A stretch of 64,000 nt of DNA from Candidatus Versatilivorator sp. (GCA_965207735.1 OZ242296.1:1984001-2048000), one strand, 5' to 3'. Counted from the stretch's first letter, positions 43,301 through 50,264 are shown. The notes: generated by a model from the letters alone, not told the origin. A program made the numbers and translations.

Positions 43301-44056
43301 TTCGTCTTCAAGCAGGACCGGCCTGATCCCGTCCACCCGGTGCCGCGGATCCGCATCCAGCCCCACGTGGTCCGTCAGGGCGGCATTCCCCGACAGATCG
43401 CTGATATCCCCCTCGTCGAGCAGCAGGCTGCCGGCCTCGATGCTCACTCCGTCAGCGTCTTCGTCCCCCTCGGCCACCCGGTAGGTAAACACCAGCTCCG
43501 AGCGGCCAGAGCCGCCTTGGTAAAGGGCCGGCTTCACCTCTGACCCCACCCGCAGCTCGAGCTCCGGCGCCCCCGTCACCTCCACCGCCCGGCTGAAGGC
43601 CACCGTCACCCGGATCTCGTCCTCTACCGCGTAGGTCCCGTCGGTGCCGGGATCCGAGCTGATCTCGATCCTACGCACCCTCGAGTCCTTGTCCTCCCCC
43701 TCCCGCGGCTTCCCCTTCAGATCAACATCCACCTCATCCGCACCTGGCCCGCCACTCACCTCTACCCCGGTCCGGCCAGGGCCGCCACCAGCCCTGTCAT
43801 CTGCATCCCGGTTCGGCGGCGGCGCGTCGCCAACTTCGGCGCCGGGCCGTTCGGGCGGCCCAGGGGCGCTGTCGAGCAGGAGCTGGGCGAAATGGGACCC
43901 TCCGAATCCGAGGGCAAGGAGAAATGCAAGAAAACCAACGGCGAGGGTAGAGGTGGAGACGACTCGGCGGAATGAATCGGCGCAAGTCCGATGCCCGGCT
44001 CGGAATCCGAACCCCGGGAGTCGGAGTGCCCGGTGAGATGCCCTGACACGCATCAT
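31391..44056 (-). CDS. giant 4221-aa surface protein: S8-type peptidase, GLUG repeats, SwmB-like repeats, cadherin-like and FN3 domains, shared C-terminal module
   Basis: IGVLSDG / EGTAMLEIVHDLAPGA / KPDL / GASSAAPH peptidase, GGLVG repeats, LTLTYDEPLD repeats, APDYE cadherin motifs, LTVSWSEPDNTGPDITDYDVQYR FN3 units, and a hydrophobic N-terminal anchor. Confidence 0.88.
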   Translation of the reverse strand: MMRVRASHRALRLPGFGFRAGHRTCADSFRRVVSTSTLAVGFLAFLLALGFGGSHFAQLLLDSAPGPPERPGAEVGDAPPPNRDADDRAGGGPGRTGVEVSGGPGADEVDVDLKGKPREGEDKDSRVRRIEISSDPGTDGTYAVEDEIRVTVAFSRAVEVTGAPELELRVGSEVKPALYQGGSGRSELVFTYRVAEGDEDADGVSIEAGSLLLDEGDISDLSGNAALTDHVGLDADPRHRVDGIRPVLLEDETEIDGDQLTLQFAERLDVDSTPEADDFRVTVAGQSREVAEVEVEGSEVRLTVDSPAEEGQAAAVSYEAEAEKPGKEVRDQAGNPAEGFTDRAVTNRTGTGLSARTVRQIQAILEAKQERTLAQRKVDSQLLEEWQKARGRPGADRMVTVDLRAEVTPEVLDRIRELGGKVLSSVEHYRAIRAELPLSEVEALAAHQAVRSIRTADKAMTRNRRRKPSPDLLVDILNAGSRTTQGDVAHRANTARTTHGVDGAGIGIGVLSDGVGTLARRQATRDLPARVTVLEHQQGEGDEGTAMLEIVHDLAPGAELYFATAFGGMASFAENIEALCEAGADVIVDDVYYFLEGPFQDDIISQGVNAAVADGCFYFSAGGNAGNKNDGTAGVWEGDFAAGTPLVLNSVTVGTQHDFGGGVTQNRITDDDGGAFVLWWADPLEGSSNDYDLFLVDEDGDVVRSSTRIQDGTRDPYEYIDSSDEDYTGNRLVIVKTSGAADRYLRLDTLEGRLAVSTAGNLFGHSAAENAIAVAQVAVQSAGGAGGVFNGTESVRTGNSDGPRRIFFEPDGTPITAGNFSSTGGKLLQKPDLAAATCVRTTTPGFSFFCGASSAAPHAAAIGALVLEGAEGPNSLTQTQLLAAMTGSALDIEATGVDRDSGAGIVMAPGAVDAVDVAAADRNQAPTVESGLDDRTFALGAAAVTMDLADVFTDPENDTLTYSELSSNTSRASLSRTGSMLTLTPGAPGTATVTVRATDPDGLSAVDSFSVSVRLGTRDYDRDDDDLIEVSNLAQLNAIRYDSNGNGVADDASDWPSYFAAFTQATANMGCSSICEGYELNADLDLDTDSSGGANDGDTYWNGGDGWEPIGDDPFQGIFDGNGRTIANLFIDRDTEDDVGLFSELGVFGWIRNLGLEAVDVTGKDYVGGLVGDGEEGRVGRCHVTGSVTGEDVVGGLAGRLDRVWSSYAAVEVSATGDGVGGLVGAADLVVVSYATGRVNGGGTHPVAGADCGSEGGVGGLVGNVCSAVVASYATGPVSGTAAVGGLAGTGSAQFRSSFWDTETSGVRVGFGADDSNDNGRMDPSESPVLGLAGHSTSELQSPTDNSGIYEYWNRDLDGDGKGDDPWHFGTATQYPALSADLNGSGGASWQEHGYQLRSGPTLTATSTSGQTQVSLSWTAVAANHWSPAPSLTYTLYRDDGTTVEAVAGNVTTRSHTDAGVTLNSSYTYQVAAVVQGGEMVRSSWVSIKAGASNQPPVPVGRLADMTLRVGGGTGTATVSGAFADTESDTLTYGASSAATTVATASTSGSVVTITPVAAGRTTITVTATDASGSNTAATQRFTVMVWASNAVDYDSDDDGLIEIGNLAQLDAIRHDRGGDGGPTEDGKTAYESAFSNAVDWMGCNALEGCSGYELTDDLDFDTNGNGMADAGDTYWNNGAGWAPIGGEGTTMSGSLLFLRNAYLSIFEGNGHTISHLFIDTDTAVLSGLFGYAVLSSIRNVGLIDVEVEVDSTGLAAGLVAWNSGEIRTSYVTGQVSGTDNVGGLVGINAFTGYIRGCYATVRVTGEDDLGGLVGDNRGIIGASYATGRVTGVTEAGGLVGNNQADGEISSSYATGRVTGASNAGGLAGLNDGEVTSSYWDTSTSGHTTGSGGRTTSQLKSSTGYSGIYGSWNLDLDGDDTNDSPWHFGTGSQYPVLSVDVDGADGASWQEFGHQLREGPSLMSTAETTGVALTWTAVVTSHWTPAPGVTYTLYREEGATIEALVENTSGLTYNDSDVMQGETYVYQVAAEVADGEAARSARLSVTVPDNTPPTVSMVAITSDPGTDGIYAADDEIAVTVTFSEPVVVTRRPRLTIEVGGEDRMAEYDVGTGTAALLFAYKVEDDDADTDGVSIEANKLMLNGGTITDRARNAAVLTHTALSAQSGHQVDGVKPELVSMDEAVVNGATLTLTYDEPLDGSSTPPAGAFTVTGGGASRTVGNVALSGSAVLLTLDTAVEHGETGIRLSYRVPTRAGESPLRDRVGNAVARLNNEPVVNETPDTTPPKVSKLEITSNSGTDRTYAAGDEIQVTVTFSETVEVTGTPRLTLELGGGTRSAAYEGGSGTVSLVFAYEVADGDSDTGGVGVEGDSLSGGTIRDAAPNNAELDHDGLSADSSHKVDGVKPRLASTGGAVVNATSLTLTYDEPLDRSSTPDAGDFTVSGGDQTRTVTRVSMSGSAVTLTLNAGAEHEESGIQVSYTPGMKPLRDVPGNQAEGLSRESVTNETPDTTPPEVSRVSISSSPGSDQTYAIGDEIEVTVTFNETVKVTGTPQLALRVGARTRTAGYESGMDTEALVFAYEVADGDEDTDGVSVGANQLRLNGGTIKDEAENAAELAHEAVAADMGHQVDGVRPAFVSAAVDGASLTLAYRESLDGGSEPASGDFTVTVGGSGRTVSDASVSGSVVTLTLNPAVEHGDTGIRVSYTVGTNPIRDEVGNDAQALSNRSVTNTTDAPNTAPQITTGGTLSVGENQVLVRRLAARDTDAGDELTGWEIVGGADQGQFSITSDTGDLSFQSAPDYEDPLDVASTDPMSAAGDNEYVVTVEARSGAGARDLEAEQTFIVRVTDQREPPEAPGAPVISGETADSLTVSWSEPDNTGPDITDYDVQYREKGRGGFTIVNHQEPGLSLTLSDLEPGTDYEVQIKARNDEGASDWSVSGEGMTVTPLTVVMASETGPPVSGSFMVRISFSEPVSGFSGSDIESDQDPECTDDLNNPVFCDPGIGDLQTADDRVFTTTVTPRTGSVAHSYTLRLTVPAGRVNSSAGSKPNEDPDEPLAIRVSPPGAPEAISTLSLRANGASGSVRLSWSRPSDNGGSPIIRYEYRHAATGEAWSEWGSVGAGSSGVTVGGLINGREYAFEVRAVNALGKGGVETAMATPEQGVTPPGTGTGTGGGGGGGGGLLFAPEAPAALTATLGDGAVRLAWSPPESDGGAEILRYEYRLKEGLGEFGEWTPIPDSAPGEVNASGYTLMGLLNGTVYALELRGVNQIGNGRETEAVEAVMPLDPAYRSNFRAEDLEGGEAGLEWTPFGGSRRSLKVRFGGGLRFEERELDAAGEVTATRMGSYRYRYTSRTTGELSLDYDGGETCELRMSFGGVGEGSYSYRCGGALQGQGSFRLSELNRVPEITSPGQFEVVENQTKVVRLEAVDSDEGDEVAGYGIAGGADGALFRVVEQTGELSFTEAPDYERPADAAGTDPASGAGDNEYVVVVEARSGEGERERRRQRAIRVRVSDEEEPPGAVAAPEVRAEGTDSLTVSWSEPENRGPEITGYEVRYREEGEEGYRDGGHEGTGLRLTLTGLEEERLYRVEVRAVNEEGRGEWSQPGEGRTEAEEPDSEDPADFSDEDLEGKRATLRITGEEGTARRIELRFAEGNRFEQIERVGAQAAIRSESADSRSESTPSRTGAYTYERTGPRKGRLGLDYDDGSSCEVSLTFTELGEGRFVYDCGEGEVAAGSFRLTTGSPFVPVILSSAGRNNSFFTSELTLTNRGMEEATLHYIYTADAGGGSGTATDRLDAGRQKIETDALDYLRGLGVPIPATGNRIGTLRVEVKLGSEVEAVVRTTTLVPDGRAGLAYLGVAEEEGFSEPVYLCGLRQNSQDRSNVAFQNMGTSEEGAITLRTTVYSGEASDTSPRELDDVTLEPGGFHQYSGLLGSVENGYVKVERVEGEAPFYAYGVINDQANSDGSFVFPVTASSLTGTTRQTLPVIVETGEFRSELTVTNFSEEPRRLEFEFVGEQVKTDDKTAAFSMELEGGEQAIVPEVVEELRRQGVAGLGTTRGFYAGPLFVVAEEGDLSGVVIGARTGSKGGGGQYSVFYNAVPQGEGFTEEAWVEGLQQNQENRSNLALVNTGEVDGSESVFHLEIYNGETGMLAETVVTRPIPARSWYQINGILGRASSETRQGYIRIEKVSGENPFLAYGVVNDGGAPGQRSGDGAYLPARE

Positions 44057-44236
44057 GGCAACGGAACGCGGCGGCCGAGAGCGGCAGTGCCAATTGGAGT
44101 GCTTCAGTTGGGCCGGCGCGCCTCAGTCGATTCACCGGCCGAACCCGGCACACATCAGCCGGGCCAGTCCGGGAACACCAGTTTAACACGCCGGCTGCGC
44201 GCATTTAGGCGCCGTCATCAAGGCAAGCCAAGTCGG

Positions 44237-44605
44237 TCAGACGCGTTCGTCGGAGTAGAGTTGCACATGCCAGGGCGGCAAGTTGACATCGATGGGATCA
44301 TCGTCCGGAGTGTAGTGTTCCACCAAGGGTTCGAGGATGTCCGCCAGGTATCGTTCGACCCCGTTTCTGAAGCCATTTTCGACGACCGCCCAGGTGACGT
44401 AGAGGCGTTTATTGGCCACGTACCTCAAGATCTGTGGGTCTTTTCTGTGCCGTGAGAACCTCTCCTCGAAATCTCCTTGGCCAACGTAAACCACACCTCT
44501 CGCGGACCAGAGGATGTAGATGCCGCCTTTGCCGGAACTCCAGCCAAGTTTTACGGCTCTCAAGTCGCACCAGCCATTCTCACAGATTCTCCATTCGAGT
44601 TCCAT
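44237..44605 (-). CDS. small GIY-YIG nuclease family protein
   Basis: GIYILW...VYVGQG..EERF..H...VERYL...P. The GIY/YVG motifs, Arg and Glu are retained. GAGGG RBS. Confidence 0.75.
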   Translation of the reverse strand: MELEWRICENGWCDLRAVKLGWSSGKGGIYILWSARGVVYVGQGDFEERFSRHRKDPQILRYVANKRLYVTWAVVENGFRNGVERYLADILEPLVEHYTPDDDPIDVNLPPWHVQLYSDERV

Positions 44606-44634
44606 CGTGGGTCCCTCATGTAGACGGGATCTCT

Positions 44635-44925
44635 TCAGTCGCAAATGGGTCGGTACTTGCTTATCCACTGCTGACATCTAGTGATTCGGGCTTGCTCCCA
44701 CCACACCATTTCGCAATTGAAGTGGGTGGGCAGGTGTTTCCAAATGCAGGAGGATTGTTCTGACGTCTTGTCGAAATGCATCATCAGGCTCATGAGAGTG
44801 TTTTCGGAATGACCTACGTAGATGTCCAGATACGATACTCCCGGTCCGGATCGGCAGATCAAGAAAACTCCCGCCGTATTTGGAGCTTCGCTTTGGATGG
44901 CCTTTTTCGAGAATCGATAGTTCAT
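44635..44925 (-). CDS. small degenerate GIY-YIG-like protein
   Basis: PNTAGVFLI...IYVGHSEN..L..H...I.KYRP pattern. The catalytic Tyr/Arg/Glu positions appear substituted. Confidence 0.6.
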   Translation of the reverse strand: MNYRFSKKAIQSEAPNTAGVFLICRSGPGVSYLDIYVGHSENTLMSLMMHFDKTSEQSSCIWKHLPTHFNCEMVWWEQARITRCQQWISKYRPICD

Positions 44926-45707
44926 ACGTATCTGTCTTGTCGCTGGAGTGTGTGCGACTCGGGCCTTACGGCCTTCCGGAACCCGTCATCGCACTCCCGG
45001 CAAAGAAGAGGAATATGGCAATCTCTCCAGACGACAGGGCGAGGAAGATACAGTGCTCGGCCATTTGTCACTCAACCGCGCAGCCAAGACCACCACCTGC
45101 ATCTTTTTCGTCTGTTGCCGGCACCGATCCCGCTAGCTGCCAGACAAAAGATTCGATCGAGAACAAACAATGGCTGCCAAGATAGCTACTCTCGGTGACA
45201 TTAATGTGCATCTATTGATTTTTATGGTGATTTTGTGGTGAATCCACCCATTGGGAGAACAACTCGGAGGGTACGACGCCCTATCTGTCACCCGGGAGGT
45301 TTCTGGATGGGTCCAACCAGAACTTCTGTCCATCCATGCAGACGATCGTCCCTACTTGAGCCGAGAGTGGAATTCGTCGTTAATGAGCCTATGCAGGATT
45401 GATGCATTTCGGGTACGCCGTCGGGTATATTGGCGCAATTTCCACGGAGACCCTATTCGCATGCGGGTTGTGATCGGAATATGCTGATTCTGATTCCTGT
45501 CGGTCGCGCGGTCGGGCGATGGAAAGTACCAATTACGCCCGGTAGTTGCCCGGGCCAAGGGACCGCCATGGTTGATGCCGCGATTTTTTCCGATACAATT
45601 GGTGCCGCACCCGAAGACACGATGAGCGACCTGATTGGGGTAATGTTTCATCAACCCTTTGGCGCGCTGGGTGCCGCAGCCGTCAAGTCGAAGGATTTCA
45701 GCGCACT

Positions 45708-46784
45708 ATGCTAACCGAATCCGCCGGGCAGCACCCTGTCCCCGACGTGCTTGACCCGTTTCCCGAGGGTTGGTACTTCGTTGCCAGCCGTGAATCCATC
45801 CTCAAGGAAAAACTGATTGAGAAGACCTGGATGGGCGAAGATATCGTGGCTTGGTGCGACGGTGTGGGCGGCGTCTGCGTGGCTGAGGCGGTCTGTCCCC
45901 ACCTGGGCGCCAACCTGGGTCCGGCCGGCGGGGGCCGGGTGCGCAATTCCCGACTCGTCTGTCCGTTTCACGGCTTCGAGTTCGCCGTCAGCGGCCAATG
46001 CGTTGCCACCCCCTTTTCCCCGGCGCCCAGGTCCACCGGTCTGAGGGTGTTCGAGACGCGGGAAATGCTCGGCATGGTCTTCGCCTGGTGGGGGAAAAAC
46101 GACCGGCCGCCGCAATGGCGCCTTCCCGAGGATCCGCCGTCCGGACCCGACTGGAGCGAAATGGGATACAGGACGCTCAGATTTCCCGGTCATCCCCAGG
46201 AAACCACCGAAAATGCGGTGGACCTGGCGCACCTGCGTTACGTGCACGGCTACGGCAACGTGTCCCGGGTGGCGCCGCTATCGGTGGAAGGCGTCTGCCT
46301 CACGAGCTCCATCGACTTCAAACGCACCAGGACTATCGCCGGGATCGGCGACCTTGTGTTCGACGTCTCCGCCGCCACCTACGTCTTCGGACTGGGTTAC
46401 TCGCAAGTGGACATTCGCGAACGTACGATTGGCATGGATTCGCGTCTGTGGGTGCTGGCAACGCCCGTCGACGGCACACACATCGACCTCGTGCTGGCCG
46501 GGCAGGTGCGGGAGATACGTAAACCGAAGCGGCCCATCGTCGGTCTGAGGTTCGTTCCCACGAGCTTGCGCGCCGGGATCATGAACAGAATGATGATGGC
46601 CATTCAAAAGCAGGATGTTCTGCAGGATGTGGTGATCTGGGGAAGAAAAAGGTACCGGGCCCGCCCGCGCCTGTGCCGGTCCGACGGCGAGATCGGACGG
46701 TATCGACGCTACTGCCAACAGTTCTACCCGGATCATCGGGATGGCGGTCGGGATCGGTGTGAACCTCCGTCCGTAGAGTCCTGA
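45708..46784 (+). CDS. Rieske [2Fe-2S] oxygenase, cholesterol 7-desaturase (Neverland)/KshA-like
   Basis: FPEGWY, CPHLGA...CPFHG Rieske ligands, ENAVDLAHLRYVH mononuclear Fe site, and C-terminal QDVVIW..K.Y...DG.I..YRRY..QFY typical of the steroid-acting subgroup. Confidence 0.85.
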   Translation: MLTESAGQHPVPDVLDPFPEGWYFVASRESILKEKLIEKTWMGEDIVAWCDGVGGVCVAEAVCPHLGANLGPAGGGRVRNSRLVCPFHGFEFAVSGQCVATPFSPAPRSTGLRVFETREMLGMVFAWWGKNDRPPQWRLPEDPPSGPDWSEMGYRTLRFPGHPQETTENAVDLAHLRYVHGYGNVSRVAPLSVEGVCLTSSIDFKRTRTIAGIGDLVFDVSAATYVFGLGYSQVDIRERTIGMDSRLWVLATPVDGTHIDLVLAGQVREIRKPKRPIVGLRFVPTSLRAGIMNRMMMAIQKQDVLQDVVIWGRKRYRARPRLCRSDGEIGRYRRYCQQFYPDHRDGGRDRCEPPSVES

Positions 46785-46827
46785 CAACGTTGTCCGAATC
46801 CTATCCGTGTCCACTGAGTAGATCGGC

Positions 46828-48045
46828 ATGAGAAAACTAATCAGCTTCTTTATTGCGACTGTCATCCTTGTGGGCTCCGGCGCCCTGGCCTATTACCTGG
46901 TGTCTATGGCGCCTGAACCGGAGCGCCGCGAGCCACCGCCCCAAATCCCCTTTGCACAGACTGCCAGGGTTGTGGCCGGCTCAGGAGCCATCCCCGTATA
47001 CGGCGCCGGGACGGTGCGGCCCAGCGCCGAAATCGACATCGCTCCGCTGGTCGGCGGAAACGTGGTCTGGATGAATCCGGCGTTCCAGAGCGGAGGACGG
47101 ATCCGGGCGGGCCAGGCGATATTCCGAATCGAGAAGGAAGACTACCTGCATCGGGTGCGCCAGGTGGAAGCCGAACTCGAAGCTCGCCGGGTCGCCCTCT
47201 TCGTGGCCCGGGAAGAAGCGGCATTCGCCCGCAGCGAATTCGAGCAGTACTCCCGCCAGCAGCTCGAGGCAGGTGAGTCAGCGGGAGAGCCGGGCCCCCT
47301 TGCTCTTAAGGAACCCCAGATGAAGGCGGCCCAAGCGGCCATAGACCGTGTGGAATCTCAACTGGCCGATGCCAGGCTGGCCCTGTCCCGCACCGAAGTG
47401 CGAGCGCCCTTTGACGGCTACGTGCGCCACGAGTCGTTGGATGTGGGACAGTTTGTAACCACCGGCCAAGCCGTTGGGCGGCTGTTTGCCGCCGATGCGG
47501 TCGAGGTGGTGGTTCCCCTGTCCGACGCCAACGCCGCCTTGATCCCGGGGCTCTGGAAACTGCGGGCGGGGGACTCCAGAAGACGCGTGGCTGCTCGCGT
47601 CATCGCCAGATACGGTGACAAGAGTTACGTTTGGAAGGGTTACGTCGACCGGGCTGAAGTATCCATCGACGAGCAGTCGCGAACCATTGACGCAATCCTG
47701 CGCGTGCCCAACCCCTTTTCCGCGGGAGCCCCAGCCGAGGAAACCGATGAGCCCGGCGCCTCACCCCCGCTCCTGGTGGGCAAGTTTGTGGAGGTGGCGA
47801 TCCAGGGTCTTGCTCCTGAGAGCTACTTGCGGGTGCCGCGGGCGGCGCTGCACCCCGGCAACGAGGTTTGGACGGTGAGCGAAGACAAGAGGGTTAATGT
47901 AGTCCCGGTGCGCGTCCTTCAGCGCGTCAACGATGAGGCGTATATCATCGGGGCTCTCGAAGACGGGCAGTTGGCCATCATTGGGGGCATTCAGCATGTC
48001 ACCGAAGGCATGCTGGTACAGACCGGGGACGGCTCGGCTCCGTGA
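46828..48045 (+). CDS. RND efflux periplasmic adaptor (MFP)
   Basis: N-terminal TM helix, GTVRP, coiled hairpin, TEVRAPFDG, LLVGKFVEV, VPRAAL. Confidence 0.9.
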   Translation: MRKLISFFIATVILVGSGALAYYLVSMAPEPERREPPPQIPFAQTARVVAGSGAIPVYGAGTVRPSAEIDIAPLVGGNVVWMNPAFQSGGRIRAGQAIFRIEKEDYLHRVRQVEAELEARRVALFVAREEAAFARSEFEQYSRQQLEAGESAGEPGPLALKEPQMKAAQAAIDRVESQLADARLALSRTEVRAPFDGYVRHESLDVGQFVTTGQAVGRLFAADAVEVVVPLSDANAALIPGLWKLRAGDSRRRVAARVIARYGDKSYVWKGYVDRAEVSIDEQSRTIDAILRVPNPFSAGAPAEETDEPGASPPLLVGKFVEVAIQGLAPESYLRVPRAALHPGNEVWTVSEDKRVNVVPVRVLQRVNDEAYIIGALEDGQLAIIGGIQHVTEGMLVQTGDGSAP

Positions 48046-48062
48046 GTGAAATTAAAAAGCAG

Positions 48063-48073
48063 TATGCTAAAAT
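48063..48073 (+). promoter_or_regulatory. candidate extended -10 promoter (TATGCTAAAAT)
   Basis: Matches TRTGnTAnnnT. Conserved as TATGATAAAAT at 55501-55511 upstream of the second P450 copy. Confidence 0.5.
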
Positions 48074-48236
48074 GCGAAAGTTCAGTCATCTGGTGGCTCC
48101 CCCGTTTCTCGATGCCCGACACTTGTCGGACGGGGGCGAAGACGCTTGTGTCGCGAAGCGTGATGTTCGGTGCGTCCAATGACCGGATTCCGACAAGCGC
48201 ACCGGCCTTGAGCCGTCCGATCAGGACAGGAAAACT

Positions 48237-50264
48237 ATGGGCACGGCTGTGCAATCCCCGATACGCCTCGCCGAAGAGTTGATCCTCCTGATGCTCAATG
48301 AGCAGAGCGGCTATCTGGAGATGGTACCCGGCTGGAGTTTCTCCTGCGTCATGGCCGGCTCCGTCATCGCCGATCTTGCGCTGGAGGATCGAATCGACAG
48401 TGATTTGAACAGGTTGTATCTTGTGGATCCCACTCCAATCGGAGACAAGCTGCTCGACCCCACGCTCAAGGAGATCGCCGAGTCCCGGGAATCGTCGGAC
48501 ACGCAATTCTGGATCGAACGGACCGCGGGCCGTTCCGAAGAAATCGTCACGGCCACACTCGATCGCCTGGTGGAGAGGAAGATCCTCGACTACGAGATGG
48601 GTGGATTCTGGGGCCTCTCGCGCTCCGTTTCACGCTCAGGAACCTATCCGACCTCTGACTTCCACGTCCGCCAGGAAGCTAAATCAAGAGTCCTGAGCGT
48701 CATCTTGAACGACGACATCCCTGACCCGAGCGATGCCATTCTCATTGCCTTGATGCATACCTGCGGCGGTTTCAAGCTGGTGCTTTCACCGGAAGACTAC
48801 GAGGAGAAGCTCGAGCGGATCGAGACGATCGCCAAGCTGGATCTGGTAGGGCGGTCGGTTGCCAGCGCAGTGAGGGACAGCACCGCCCAACCGAAGACCC
48901 GTCGTGTTATCCAGGCCAAACCCATTCCGAAGCTCCGATTCGTCGACATCCTGCGACAGCGTGACCTTCGCTCGGGAAATATCCCGAAGGCGATGAACGG
49001 CATCTTCCGGGAGTATGGGCCGGTCGTCCGGCTTCCCTTCAAGATCCGCAAGTCACCCGTAGTCGCCTTGATGGGGCCGGACACCAATCAGTGGGTCAAC
49101 AAGTACGGGCGGTTCTACCTCCGCTCGAAGGACTACATCCAGGACCTGGAGCGTGCGTTCGGAGCCACCCGCACCATGCCGGGCATGGATGGCGCCGAGC
49201 ACTACAGGATGCGCAAGTCGCTTCAGGGCGCTTATTCCCGCGCCGCGCTGGGGCGGAATCTGCCGGAGTTGATCCACCAGTGCAGACATTCGCTGCGGCG
49301 ATGGAATGAAGGCGAGGTTTTGCGAGCAGGCCCGACCTTCAAGAACCACGTCAGCAGCCAAATCTCTCATCTGGTGATCGGAGTGGATTGCAGCCACTAC
49401 GTCGATGAACTGCTCGAATACGAACATCGCGCGCTGGTGACGCAAGTTCAGGGCGCATTGCCCAAGTTCATGCTGCGCACGCCCAAGATGAAGCGCTATG
49501 GAAAGCGCGTCCGTGAACTCCAGGAGGCGATCATCGCATCCCACACCCCGGCGCAGCGGAGGGGGAAGCCGCCGGATATTGCCGACGCAATCCTCGAACT
49601 CCACAAGAACGACCCCCAGTTCCTGCCGGAAACGGACATTACCTTCCCGTTTGTAGCGGCAATGGTCGCCAGCATCTATCTCGGCAGCGGGCTCGCCTTC
49701 GCAGTCTATTCCATGATTCGACACCCGGACCTGCACGCGAAGATCCAACGAGAAGCCGAGTTGCTCTTCGGCAACGGGCGTGAACCGCAGGCGGAGGACT
49801 TTAGTCACGACAGCATCGACGTCACCGTCCGCCTCTGCATGGAGTCCGCGCGCTTGTACCCGGTGATTCCCTGGCAGTTGAGAACGGTCATGAACGAATG
49901 TATTGTCAGTGGCTATGAAATTCCGGCCAAGACGATGCTATTGATTTGCCAGACGGCAACTCATTACGCCGAGGACCTCTTCAAGGACCCGCTCGCGTTC
50001 GACATAGACCGCTATCTGCCGGATCGGGGAGAACATGCGACCCCGGGCGCCTATGCCCCCTATGGCCTGGGCACGCACACTTGCCTTGGAAGTCGGTGGG
50101 TGGAACTGCAGATGGCCGTCAACATCCTGCTGATCGCGTACCACTTGAAGCTGGAGGTGACGCCCGCAGACTACAAACTTGGATTCAATCCCTTCCCGAC
50201 ATCTTCCCCCAACAAGAAGTTGAAGTTCCGCGTCGCTCAAATCAGGAACCCGATCCTGTCCTGA
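48237..50264 (+). CDS. GPP34 (GOLPH3/Vps74)-cytochrome P450 fusion, copy 1
   Basis: N-terminal ~210 aa IRLAEELILLML...AGSVIADLALEDRI...LDRLVERKIL (GPP34 pattern). C-terminal P450 with ESAR (ExxR), IDRY and heme motif PYGLGTHTCLG. Confidence 0.88.
   Translation: MGTAVQSPIRLAEELILLMLNEQSGYLEMVPGWSFSCVMAGSVIADLALEDRIDSDLNRLYLVDPTPIGDKLLDPTLKEIAESRESSDTQFWIERTAGRSEEIVTATLDRLVERKILDYEMGGFWGLSRSVSRSGTYPTSDFHVRQEAKSRVLSVILNDDIPDPSDAILIALMHTCGGFKLVLSPEDYEEKLERIETIAKLDLVGRSVASAVRDSTAQPKTRRVIQAKPIPKLRFVDILRQRDLRSGNIPKAMNGIFREYGPVVRLPFKIRKSPVVALMGPDTNQWVNKYGRFYLRSKDYIQDLERAFGATRTMPGMDGAEHYRMRKSLQGAYSRAALGRNLPELIHQCRHSLRRWNEGEVLRAGPTFKNHVSSQISHLVIGVDCSHYVDELLEYEHRALVTQVQGALPKFMLRTPKMKRYGKRVRELQEAIIASHTPAQRRGKPPDIADAILELHKNDPQFLPETDITFPFVAAMVASIYLGSGLAFAVYSMIRHPDLHAKIQREAELLFGNGREPQAEDFSHDSIDVTVRLCMESARLYPVIPWQLRTVMNECIVSGYEIPAKTMLLICQTATHYAEDLFKDPLAFDIDRYLPDRGEHATPGAYAPYGLGTHTCLGSRWVELQMAVNILLIAYHLKLEVTPADYKLGFNPFPTSSPNKKLKFRVAQIRNPILS

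Noticed and set aside
44926-45707. Small ORFs or ncRNA in the gap before the Rieske gene
   Set aside because: The short ORFs lack motifs and RBS support, and no recognisable RNA structure was seen.
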